A stretch of DNA of 64,000 bases from a candidate division FCPU426 bacterium (GCA_030041545.1 JASHNQ010000028.1:6150-70149); one strand, 5' to 3'; counted from the first letter of the stretch, positions 19,313 through 28,663 are shown. Notes: generated by a model from the letters alone, not told the origin. Numbers and translations are program-made.

Positions 19313-22053
19313 TTATTTGAAAGCCAGCATGTCCGGCGCCAATTTGGGCTTCCCGATATCGGGCCCCTTGTCCACCGTCCACATTTTCCCGTCCCCCTTG
19401 ACCGACCATATTTTTTCGGCGATATGCTCGCCCAGCTTCCGGTAGCCTTCCCATTCCTCCTCGGAATAAAACTGGTTCACGGTGGATTCCTGCGGGAAAT
19501 CGCCGTGCTGTTGCCGGTAACTAGCCAGGTCCAGGGGTTCATCCCCGGTCAGGCCGGGCTTGAGGATGAGGATCAGGCTGTGTTCCTTATCCGGCCTCCC
19601 GGGATAACCCACCCAGGCCAGGAGACCGTGCTTTTTGCACTCGGGCTGGTCCGACCCCGGCGCTTTCACGGTGAAGTTATCCAGGGAACCCAGGAAGTTC
19701 TCCACTAGTGTCGGGTCCACGTTGTCTATAAGGTCCTGTTGGCTGTAGAAGGTGATTTCCGCCTGGAAGTCGTTGCGCGCCTTCAGGACCATCCGGGCGA
19801 AGTCCTCGAACTGGTACTGGGGGTCCTCCCCGGTATCGCAAAGGATGATGAAAGGGATCCGCCTGCGGATTAGCTCGTAGCAAGCGGTGTTCTCGAAATG
19901 GCCCCCGTCCGAGAGGTTCCAGAACCGCCGGGCCGGGCCATGGAAACGGGCTGACAGCTCGTCTAGGAGGTTGTGCTGGACCGGAAAATACTTCTCCAAA
20001 TAAGTGGAAATTTTGGACCAGAGGCCTTTCGGGTTCCGGTTCTTCTGGGCCGCGGCGGATAGCCGGCTGTTCCACCAGTAGCCTAGGCGGATATTGGCCA
20101 GGCCCAAAAGCAGGCTGTAAATGGGGTTGGTTTGGTAGCCTAACCCGGTGCCCATGGCCGCGCCCGAGATGGAAACCCAGGACCCCAAGGTGGGGGATTC
20201 GACGGGCTGGTAAAGGTCCGCCGGGGTTCCTTTCCTGTGTCCGAAGGTTGCGATCCGAAGAAGGAAATCCTTGGTTTTGGTCCAGGCCGTGGCGTACCAC
20301 GGGTTGTCGGTTTCGAACACATGAAACTGGTAATTTCTGTCACCGGGTTTGCTGTCGGATTTTTCGATCATGATGGGGCTCAGTCTTTCATAGGAGGGAT
20401 GCAGCGGGCCCCCTTCCCAGAGGGAATGGTGGCGGATGTCGACGGTCAGGCCGCAGGGACCCACCGCCAGGGACAGGCCTTTGCGGTCCTGCTCCTCAAC
20501 CCTCGATTTTTCGTTGATGGTTTCATTGAGGGTGGTGTTGATGATGTGGAGCGGGCCCCCGTTATCCGCCGGGGAGTATCGGCTCATCTCCGTGTCGTCC
20601 CGGTACAGGTCGACCGGGGAATCCTGCTTGGAATCGTCCTTGCAGTCCGCGGCCCCTAGGTAGGCGTTGACCAGCCTGGAACGGTAGAGCGGATGCTGGG
20701 AGGAGTAGTTCAGGAACGTGACCGTGTTTCCGATGCAGTAACAGACGACCCCCAAAAACGGCCAGACCAGCCAGGAATACCAAAGACTGTCATGGAAGTA
20801 GGATTGCTCCAGGTAATGCACCGACAAGGTGACAAAGGCCACGATCAAAAGGAACCACGCGGCGGCGATGATCCCCAGGATCACCAGCTTCAAGACGCCC
20901 GGCATTTTCGCGTTTTTGTCCTTCATTTGCGCCGTGATTTGGTTGCCGATGAAAGAAAGGGCGGCCGCGAGGAGGGGCGGGACCGTCAGGCTGGTGACAT
21001 TGTGTTCGGAAAAAAATTCCACCATTTATCTTCGACAAATTTTTGACCAAACCAGTCCGCCAGGGCCCAGGCCAAGGTCGCCAAGAGAAGGAGGCACCCC
21101 AACCAGAAGGTCCCGGTGAAGGAAGACCTTAAGCCCCCCCAGAAATCGCTATTAGGGTCCTTAAGCTTGCGCCGGATACCCTGGATCACATACAGGATCA
21201 TGTAAACGAAGCTCATCCAGCAGACGGCCGCCACGACCCAGGAAGCGTACCGGAGGCCGTCGACCGGGCAATTGACCCCGAAGCAACTGCAAACGATAGC
21301 CATGACGGCTATGCCTGCGGAAGGCCCGAGCAGGATGGGCTTTCCAGGATCCCCCAGGCAGAGCCAATAGCCCAAGCCGGCGGGCAGGACCCAGAACAAA
21401 AGGAAAATCACCGGCAGGATCAGCAAGGAACTGCAAGGCAGATCCCCCGTATTCCAGAGGAGCCAGAGTTTGTTGACCGGCTCGTTAATGTAGGCCGCGA
21501 GCATCATGCCGCTCTGCGCGATGAAAAGGCCGAACAGGAGGTACACGACGTTCACGGTCGCTCAATTGCGGAGGCAAATCGCCAGGTCGACGAACAGGCT
21601 GATGGAACCGCTCGGGGCGAGGTACCGGCCGTGGTCGCGCAGCCATTTCAAGGGCGGGGAGGTATTGTCCGACAGGATTTCTTTGACCTGGCCGGGCGTG
21701 TCCTGGTGAACCTCGAAGAGTTTCCTCAGGAATCCTCCGAAATAGCCGCCTCCCGAGACCGTGGAAAGCCAGTCGATTTTTTTCAGGTAATCCAGGCGCG
21801 CGAAAGTTTGGAAGATCCCCAGGCTGAGGGTGGCGCTGCGGATTCCCCCGCCCGAAAGGGCCACACCGATGGCGGGACCCCTCCGCTTCTTTTCTTCTTT
21901 TTCCCATTTTTCCCGGCGCTTCTCAATCAGGCTTTCCTCCCATGTCTTTAAGTCTTTGGGATAATAAGAGTTCGGGTATATATCCTCGTAAGGAGGCGCG
22001 ACCGCCTTTGTCGAAGGATTTTCTTTTTCGGATGATTCCATGTTCCCTCCCAT
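19313..22053 (-). pseudogene. cPLA2/patatin-like membrane phospholipase gene split by an in-frame TGA (21562-21564) and a frameshift at a T7 run (21010-21016)
   Basis: GVALSGGGIRSA and STVSGGGY in the first piece, TM block in the middle, LSDGGHFEN catalytic Asp motif in the last piece; pieces are collinear. Confidence 0.8.
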
Positions 22054-22129
22054 CGGTTTTTTAGGTTTCCTGGAATTATTTTGTGGCGGCTATTTATTTT
22101 GCCCTTACTGGCTTTTAAAAAAGGGGCTT

Positions 22130-22541
22130 GCCACCATCCAACACTTTAAGTTGTCCAAGGTGTTATGTGTTGGCCTGGCCCCCTTTTGTGTACAGGGATC
22201 GTCAAAGCCGTCCATTTTCGCTCAAAAAATTTTATTGATAAAATGTCCCTATTTTAGGAATCGAATGATGATTTTAAAAGTTAATTCCAAATAAAATTCA
22301 AAACAGGACACCTATAGTGCGATTAAGCGTTTTATCCAAAAGCGTTTCCATGGGTGATAGTGTCATACATCACTTAGAAGTCATTTCTTCGAGATAGGTT
22401 CTAGTTTCCCCTCGCCCTACCCTTTCTCGCAAGCAGCGAGGGTTTTGGTACTTATGAAATGACTTCTCATCAACAAAAAGAAAAGAACAAAGGGGCCACT
22501 ATTCAACACTTTGGGGCGCTCCAAAGTGTTATGGGTTGGCC
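22130..22541. repeat. Two direct copies (22130-22175, 22495-22541) of a palindromic motif GCCAC-AT-CAACACTTT-n-CCAARGTGTTATG-GTTGGCC
   Basis: Direct comparison of the two segments. Confidence 0.7.
22376..22467. mobile_element. 92-bp MITE-like element enclosing a CCCTCGCCCTACCC arm
   Basis: Perfect 12-bp TIR AGAAGTCATTTC / GAAATGACTTCT; no clear target duplication. Confidence 0.6.
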
Positions 22542-22755
22542 TACCCTATCAACTTTTTTTGTTAACCATTGGCCTTGAGGGCTAGAATGGCCCCAGGAGG
22601 TCAGCCAATGCGCCTGAACGGCCGCGGGGACCAAAAAGGGGAACTGGATTTCGACAGCAAAGATCCTAGGATATTTTTTTCAAATAAGCCACAATTGAAA
22701 TAGCTGGTTGCAAAAGCGAAAGTAAATATCAAACGGGGGAAAAGGTTAAAAAGTT

Positions 22756-24105
22756 ATGGCCGATAGCAAACCGGGACGTCGTTATGTAGAAACAGGTTTT
22801 GATAAATTTCTCAAGTTCTTTTCGATATTTTTTACTTTTTATTCGATCTTCATTGCCGGTTGGGCTTGTAATCTTGGAATTCACAAATTGGAAAATCAGC
22901 AAGGGTATTTCGCAAAAGCTTCATGGTTTTTATATCCTTTATGGTATTGGAGCGCTTTTCTTTTCGCGATATGGATTTCTCACCGGTTTAAAGACGCGTG
23001 GGTGAGTTTTTTTGATAAGAAACACGGAATAATTTACCAGGGGAAAAAACGAGGCGCCGATCCCCAGGCGAATGCCGATTTAGAAAAGGTTGTTGAAACT
23101 TGGCGTTGGATATTAATGTTGGTGGGTCTTGTTTTGGGATCCGGGATAGTTTGGTTTTTTGGCTATGTTCCGCTCAGCAATATCCCTGATAAATTCGACC
23201 GAATTGGTATAGATACTTCTTCAATCGACCTCAAAATTAATAAGCAGGACTTGGATGGCGGGGCAATTCTGTTGCCGGTTAATTCCCTGGACAAGCAGGA
23301 TGGCAAATCGGATTCAAAGATTATTAAAGGTACCCTCCAAATAGTTGGTCACGCCGAAAAAGCCGTAACAATGGTTTGGATGGACTCCAATGACTTTATG
23401 AGTTTGAAAAGCGAAAAGAAACAATATGTCCGTTGGTTCATGATTCAAAAAGATAAAAATGACATTATCAAAGACACTCAACCCAGGTACCCGCTTGATT
23501 TCGAGACCTATGGCCTTATCACTAATGACTCTTCTCGGAAACCCGAATTCAGGAGTTTTAATTTATTCGCGCAAGTACAAGAAATAGCCATCTTCGTGGT
23601 TGGAATTTCAGCGTTATGGAGTCTCTGTATCAACATTATCCTGTTTTTTTGCTTTGACCGGACCAAGATTCATAAAAAATACAACCTGGCCATGTCGCTC
23701 GATTATCAATCCCCTTTCAAGGAATTTGGCCTGGAACACTGGAACAACGTATTTAACGATATGTATCTCATAGCCGCGATAGGTTTGTTTGTCCCAATCA
23801 TTTCGCGCGCTGATTTTATAAAAGGCACAGCGGGAGTTGGAATACAGGATGCCATGGATGTATGTATCGTGGTTTTTGTTTTTGCCCCACTCTTGGCGGA
23901 GATATTCCTGCGGCGGATTAAGGTGCGGGAAGCCTTTTCCGCGATGAAAAAGAAGGAAACAAAAGAGAATTCCCAGAAATTCATGGACCAAACTCTTTGG
24001 CCATTTGACCGGGACTATGCCGGGAAAATTGGGTTTCTGGCTGTTTTATTCGAAGTCTCTTATCTTTTAACTGGTATGTGGGGGAATATTTTTGGGATAT
24101 TTTAG
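22756..24105 (+). CDS. AT-rich multi-pass membrane hypothetical protein
   Basis: 449-aa ORF, several TM segments around a soluble insert; codon usage unlike neighbours. Confidence 0.75.
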   Translation: MADSKPGRRYVETGFDKFLKFFSIFFTFYSIFIAGWACNLGIHKLENQQGYFAKASWFLYPLWYWSAFLFAIWISHRFKDAWVSFFDKKHGIIYQGKKRGADPQANADLEKVVETWRWILMLVGLVLGSGIVWFFGYVPLSNIPDKFDRIGIDTSSIDLKINKQDLDGGAILLPVNSLDKQDGKSDSKIIKGTLQIVGHAEKAVTMVWMDSNDFMSLKSEKKQYVRWFMIQKDKNDIIKDTQPRYPLDFETYGLITNDSSRKPEFRSFNLFAQVQEIAIFVVGISALWSLCINIILFFCFDRTKIHKKYNLAMSLDYQSPFKEFGLEHWNNVFNDMYLIAAIGLFVPIISRADFIKGTAGVGIQDAMDVCIVVFVFAPLLAEIFLRRIKVREAFSAMKKKETKENSQKFMDQTLWPFDRDYAGKIGFLAVLFEVSYLLTGMWGNIFGIF

Positions 24106-24163
24106 GGAGAAATAAATAAGCCATGGTCGTGGATGTAATTCGATTTTGGGTATTTCATTTTTT

Positions 24164-24345
24164 CGGAACTATGCGCTTGGCAAAGCAGGCTACGGCACTA
24201 TCGCGAAGAAACAACTTCCCCCTCTGAAAGAGGGGGATGAGAGGGGAAGTTAGCCTTTGCCGATGGTTCCGACAAAGACTAATACCCCCCTGCCCCCTTT
24301 TTCAAAGGGGGGAACTGGGCTTGCTTTGCCAAGTGCATAGTTCCC
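24164..24345. mobile_element. MITE (about 180 bp) with GGAACTATGCRCTTGGCAAAGC TIRs; inverted copy at 60601-60782
   Basis: 22-bp TIR with one mismatch; internal CCCCCTCTGAAAGAGGGGG and CCCCCTTTTTCAAAGGGGG hairpins shared with the 60.6-kb copy. Confidence 0.85.
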
Positions 24346-24360
24346 TTCGGGAATTTAAGC

Positions 24361-24490
24361 CCCCCTCACCGGGTTCGACTCCCTTCGGCCGCTCACCGCA
24401 AGCCTACCCTCCTGCCCTGAGGTTCTCGAAGGGCTCCCGCAATGGGCGAGGGTTTTTGGTAAGTTATGCCAAGCGCATAGTTCCGAAAAA
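24361..24490. repeat. CCCTCACC-family arm with nested hairpins ending in a MITE terminal repeat
   Basis: Inverted near-copy of about 13550-13634; ends AAGTTATGCCAAGCGCATAGTTCCG. Confidence 0.8.
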
Positions 24491-24567
24491 CAATTATTAG
24501 AGGTACCCTTAATGGATTGGAATCAGAAGAATTTAATCCGAACAAAAAAGCGGAGTGCCGGTTTGAA

Positions 24568-24615
24568 TCAGCTTCCTGTGTCCAGGCGGTACTTGGCGAA
24601 GGACTACTGGGCAGG
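24568..24615 (-). repeat. Decayed copy of the 3' end of the gene at 26738-27406
   Basis: Reads PAQ*SFAKYRLDTGS* versus PAQQAFAKYRLDTGS*. Confidence 0.9.
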
Positions 24616-24639
24616 CTACGCCCGGCGGATTCCCAACCC

Positions 24640-25623
24640 CTAACTCTGCCCCATTTTCTTCCTAATCTCCCCAAGTGACAACCTTTCGCTTTGAAGCTCC
24701 CGGATGCGCTTGGCGTGGTCCACGGCCTCCGGTGGGTAGAGGGTATAACCTGAATCTGTATGGCCGGCTGTTGGGAGGAGGCCTTCCTTGGTCCAGTGGC
24801 GCAGGGTGGCCACGGTTTCACCGGTCTTTTTAGATAGTCCGCCAATACGAAGCAATTTGGAAGCGACGGTGCTTGCCTTGGGGCTCTTTCCCCTAGCGGC
24901 CTCCAGGTAAATGTCCAGGGACCGGTCAATGGCTTTGACCATCAGCTTTTCATAGTCCACCAGGCTTCTCCCTAACTGAGCTTTTTCCAGGCTGTTCAAG
25001 TAGGTCACGCGTTCCCGGGGTTGGATAAAGGCGGGGGGATAACCACCGCGCATCAAAAGCAGGTTCATCAAAAGCCGGGCGGTGCGGCCATTGGCATCGA
25101 TGAAAGGATGGATGCTCACCAGCCGGTAATGGGCCTGGGCGGAAAATTCGGCGGGGTGCATGGACGGATGGGATTTGAGCCAGTCCGAAAATTCGGCCAT
25201 GAGCTCGGGGACCTTCCGGGGATTGGGCAGGACCACGGTAGAACCCGCTATCCGGACCGGCATGGAGCGGTACCGGCCGGCGTTGGCGTCGTCGATGTCC
25301 CGGAGGATGATTTCGTGAAGCGCGAGGATTTCTTTTTCGCCGACGGGGTGTTTGGGGGAGGCGGCCAGTTCCTTGACCCAATCCAGGGCCTTCGCGTGGT
25401 TGGAGGCCTCCAGGTGCTCCTTGAGGGTTTTGCCGCCGACCGTCAGGCCTTTTTCCAAAACGACCGCTGTTTCCTGGCGGGTCAGGGTGTTGCCCTCGAT
25501 GGCGTTGCTGGTATAAGTGAGTTCCACCCGGAACCATTCCTCCAGGTTTTTCACCAGTTCCGGCTTCAGGGGCCTCAGGGCGTCGAGGCGTTTTTTCTTG
25601 GGGTTGAGGCTATGCCAGTTCAT
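24640..25623 (-). CDS. Fic domain protein (class II-type inhibitory motif) fused to a C-terminal MerR-type HTH
   Basis: SNAIEGN, HPFIDANGRTAR; LRIGGLSKKTGETVATLRHWTKEGLL...SGYTLY. Confidence 0.92.
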   Translation of the reverse strand: MNWHSLNPKKKRLDALRPLKPELVKNLEEWFRVELTYTSNAIEGNTLTRQETAVVLEKGLTVGGKTLKEHLEASNHAKALDWVKELAASPKHPVGEKEILALHEIILRDIDDANAGRYRSMPVRIAGSTVVLPNPRKVPELMAEFSDWLKSHPSMHPAEFSAQAHYRLVSIHPFIDANGRTARLLMNLLLMRGGYPPAFIQPRERVTYLNSLEKAQLGRSLVDYEKLMVKAIDRSLDIYLEAARGKSPKASTVASKLLRIGGLSKKTGETVATLRHWTKEGLLPTAGHTDSGYTLYPPEAVDHAKRIRELQSERLSLGEIRKKMGQS

Positions 25624-25630
25624 AGCCTAA

Positions 25631-25659
25631 AGTATAAAGTGTAACGTTATGGTTTACAA
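25631..25659 (-). promoter_or_regulatory. Sigma70-type promoter for a leaderless fic-merR transcript, overlapped by a TGTAA-N9-TTACA palindrome
   Basis: Minus strand TTGTAA-17nt-TATACT-7nt-ATG; no SD. Confidence 0.65.
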
Positions 25660-25799
25660 GGTTCGGCGGCGGGGTCGTTTGGCTAAGGAGGGGAAGTGGT
25701 TGGGTTAAGGAAGAATCCGTTAACTCGTCACTCCCAACCCTTCGATTTTACTCAGGGCCCTGAGGCTCTCGAAGGGCTCCTAATTCCTAACTTTGTGTA

Positions 25800-25853
25800 T
25801 CAGCTTCCCGTGTCGAGACGGTACTTGGCGAAGGCCTGCTGGGCGGGATCATT
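25800..25853 (-). repeat. Synonymously diverged copy of the 3' end of the gene at 26738-27406
   Basis: Encodes NDPAQQAFAKYRLDTGS* exactly, with four third-position changes. Confidence 0.92.
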
Positions 25854-25867
25854 CAAGAAATCCCGGA

Positions 25868-26128
25868 CTAAAGGGGAAACGCTCTTTCAATATGACGTAA
25901 AATCCTATCGGACTCCTCCGTCGTAAAATCCGACCCGTAAAACCTCAAAAAAAGCCTGCGGCGCATCTCCTTGGGATCGTCCCGGCCTAACTCCTTCCGG
26001 ATGCCCGCCATGGCCAGTTCCTTCGCGGCGGAAAACATCTCGCGGCCCATCCGGAAACGCTTCGCTGGGGCAATCTTTTTCCAAACCTCCATATACCGTT
26101 TTTCCATTTCGGGGGAAGTATCGTTCAT
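25868..26128 (-). CDS. Small basic partner protein of the nucleotidyltransferase (putative TA component)
   Basis: ATGA overlap with upstream gene; MNDTSPE...RRRLFLRFYG. Confidence 0.75.
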   Translation of the reverse strand: MNDTSPEMEKRYMEVWKKIAPAKRFRMGREMFSAAKELAMAGIRKELGRDDPKEMRRRLFLRFYGSDFTTEESDRILRHIERAFPL

Positions 26129-26673
26129 GGCTTTAATTCCTCAAGCTGCCGGGAGATGCCCAGGGCCAAGGCCCATTTGTTGAGATAAGCATAATCCAGG
26201 TTGTGGGTCAGAGCCAATAAACTCCGGACGTCCCGTTTTTGAAAGTCCGAACCCGTATTTTTTGCCCATTCCAGTTTGGAGAGAATAAGGTCCTCGGGAG
26301 CGGCAACGAACAATTTGGAACCATCTTCTAATTCCATTTGCCGTCGGCGAAGGAATTCCGTTTTACGGTACTCAAGGTCTTTTCGGATGATAAAGTCGAC
26401 CTTGCTTGCCCATTTTTCGTGGATGGCGTTAAACATGGTATGGCCCTCAACGGCCCTCTTGACCTCGGATTCATCCAAGTAAAATTCGGGGGAAAAAAGC
26501 CGGTGAAATTGTGGAATATGGTAAGAATCCAGCTCAACTACAAGGTCAATATCGCGGGTCATACGAGGTTGGGCATAGAAATCCAACGCCGCCGACCCGG
26601 TGAGCATGTAGGGAATTCCAGCCCTTTCTAAAAGAGAAACGACGAGCTTGATGAGCTCTAGCTGTTCATTCAT
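26125..26673 (-). CDS. Pol-beta-fold nucleotidyltransferase (DUF6036/AbiEii-like), putative toxin
   Basis: YMLTGSAA...PRMTRDIDLVV, KVDF, APEDLILSKL..A...Q.RD motifs. Confidence 0.82.
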   Translation of the reverse strand: MNEQLELIKLVVSLLERAGIPYMLTGSAALDFYAQPRMTRDIDLVVELDSYHIPQFHRLFSPEFYLDESEVKRAVEGHTMFNAIHEKWASKVDFIIRKDLEYRKTEFLRRRQMELEDGSKLFVAAPEDLILSKLEWAKNTGSDFQKRDVRSLLALTHNLDYAYLNKWALALGISRQLEELKP

Positions 26674-26737
26674 GGAAGAATATTAGCACGCCTGGGAAAG
26701 AGGGGCACTAATGATGGCCGGCGAAAGCTTTTAAAGC

Positions 26738-27406
26738 TCAGCTTCCCGTGTCCAGGCGGTACTTGGCGAAGGCCTGCTGGGCGGGGTCGTTGGAGTCGTC
26801 CCTCAAGTCCTGCCAGCGCTGCAGGTGGTTGGAGTAATCCAGGTCCCTCAGGACCATCTCGGTGGGGCCGTCGTTGAAATGCCATTCCTTCAATAGCACG
26901 TCGTTGCCCAGGGGCTCGGGATTGCCGGTGGATTCCTTGTTCCACCGACGGTACTGCTTGGCCCACTGCTCGATGGGTTCCGCCTTGGCGTTATCCCCCT
27001 CCCACATGGCCGAGATGAAGTAAAGCTTGCCGCTGGGAATGTGGAAAAGGAGGTCCAAGGTGGTGGCCCCGGTCACCCCTTCGGAGGCGTCCAGCGAGGC
27101 GATTTGGAACTGCGGATCGTTGTTGAAGGACCTCAGCTTTTTTTTGATATCGGGGAACTTTTGGGCCACCTCGTCCAAGGTCATGCCCAGGGTGAGGCCG
27201 TCCGTTTCGCGGGGAAGGGGGATTTTGGGGCCGGCGAAAAATTCCTTGAAAACCCCCGTGCCCCAGATGGCGCCGAGGATGAGCAGGGCGAACAAAAACC
27301 CAATGGCCTTGCCCTTCCATTGCCCGGGCGTGGGAAGGGGCGCGGAACCAGGTTTTTCGGCGGCGGGCGTCTCGGCGGCCGGAGGATGTTTGCGTCGTTG
27401 GGGCAT
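26738..27406 (-). CDS. Membrane-anchored hypothetical protein
   Basis: Host-like codon usage; single TM helix then GLTLGMTLDEV-type soluble domain; start could be 27427. Confidence 0.8.
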   Translation of the reverse strand: MPQRRKHPPAAETPAAEKPGSAPLPTPGQWKGKAIGFLFALLILGAIWGTGVFKEFFAGPKIPLPRETDGLTLGMTLDEVAQKFPDIKKKLRSFNNDPQFQIASLDASEGVTGATTLDLLFHIPSGKLYFISAMWEGDNAKAEPIEQWAKQYRRWNKESTGNPEPLGNDVLLKEWHFNDGPTEMVLRDLDYSNHLQRWQDLRDDSNDPAQQAFAKYRLDTGS

Positions 27407-27483
27407 CTGTGTTACGGTCCTGTTCAAAATATAAAGAAATTCAACCTACAAAAAAATGCAACTCATATCCCGTCCCAGCGGGG

Positions 27484-28485
27484 TCATATTCTACCGCGAT
27501 AATACTCAATCGTGTATTTTAAACCTTCCCTGAGCGGAATTTTCGGCTCCCACTTCAACGCCTTTTTGGCCCTGGAAATATCCGGCTTGCGCTTGATCGG
27601 GTCGTCCTGGGGCAGGGGTTTTTTGACAATTTTAGCGCCGGGCCTGCCGCAAAGGTCCCTCACCACCTTGGCGAATTGGAGGATGGTGGTCTCCTGGGGA
27701 TTGCCCAGGTTGAAGACCTGTCCTTCCGTTTGGGGCGTGGACATGGCCAACCAAAGCCCCCGCACCAGGTCCGCCACGTAGCAGAAACTGCGGGTTTGGG
27801 AACCGTCACCATAAACCGTCAAGGCATCCCCCTTCAAGGCCTGCGTGATGAGGTTGGAAACCACCCTCCCGTCGTTTTCGTTCAGCCGGGGACCGTAAGT
27901 GTTGAAGATGCGGACCAGCCGGGCGTTCACCCGATATTTGTTGAAATACTCATACACCAGCGCCTCACCCAGCCGCTTGCTTTCGTCGTAACAGGACCGG
28001 GGGCCGAAGGAGTTCACGTTGCCCCAATAGGTCTCCACTTGGGGATGGACCTGGGGGTTGCCGTAAACCTCCGACGTGGAGGCGAAAAGGAACTTGGCGC
28101 CCTTTTTTCGGCAATATTCCAAAAGCCGGTAGGTCCCGATGGAATTGGTGAGGATGGTCTCGATGGAGTTCTTCATATAACCGATAGGCGAGGCGGGGGA
28201 CGCGAGGTGAAAGACGTAGTCGGCCTTGGGCAGGAAGCGGGGGAAGCCCCGGGTGATGTCCCTCAGGAAACGCGGAAGGGCCAGGAAACGGGGCAGTCCC
28301 TTGATCACGTCCTGGCGGATGAACCGGAAATGGGGATGGCGCCTCAAATGGGCGATGTTTTCCAGCTTTCCCGTGATAAGGTTGTCCAGGCAGACCACCC
28401 AGTGGCCTTGGGAAATCAAGAAGTCGCAGAGGTGGGACCCGACAAACCCGGCGCCGCCGGTGACCAACGAATGCAGGCGTTTCAT
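27484..28485 (-). CDS. UDP-glucuronate decarboxylase family (NAD-dependent epimerase/dehydratase)
   Basis: TGGAGFVGSHL, HLASPASP, ASTSEVYG, GPRSCYDESKR, DGSQTRSFCYV. Confidence 0.93.
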   Translation of the reverse strand: MKRLHSLVTGGAGFVGSHLCDFLISQGHWVVCLDNLITGKLENIAHLRRHPHFRFIRQDVIKGLPRFLALPRFLRDITRGFPRFLPKADYVFHLASPASPIGYMKNSIETILTNSIGTYRLLEYCRKKGAKFLFASTSEVYGNPQVHPQVETYWGNVNSFGPRSCYDESKRLGEALVYEYFNKYRVNARLVRIFNTYGPRLNENDGRVVSNLITQALKGDALTVYGDGSQTRSFCYVADLVRGLWLAMSTPQTEGQVFNLGNPQETTILQFAKVVRDLCGRPGAKIVKKPLPQDDPIKRKPDISRAKKALKWEPKIPLREGLKYTIEYYRGRI

Positions 28486-28663
28486 GAAACCTCTCAAGCT
28501 TTAATTTTTAAGGATGCCCTCGTTCCCACTCTTTAAATATCGGGCTGCGCCCGATGAAGGAAATGAGGGCGACCCCGTTTTCCGTGTGGGGCTGAAGCCC
28601 ATTTCAAATGGACAAACTGTGGGAATTATGGTGAATTTTGGATGAGTTAGCCACCGAAAATTT

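Noticed and set aside
21562-21564. Selenocysteine or genome-wide TGA reassignment
   Set aside because: TGA terminates many intact genes here, the position is not Cys-like, and the same gene has a second lesion.
22130-22541. Integron attC or dif sites
   Set aside because: AAC...GTT spacing is far below attC size, there is no intI, and the match to a XerC/XerD dif consensus is poor.
24371-24383. tRNA T-arm-like GGGTTCGACTCCC
   Set aside because: No cloverleaf or acceptor stem; it is part of a repeat also present inverted near 13612-13625.
24568-26790. Prophage/ICE attL-attR or diversity-generating retroelement TR/VR
   Set aside because: No integrase, phage or reverse transcriptase genes in the window; differences are not adenine-specific.
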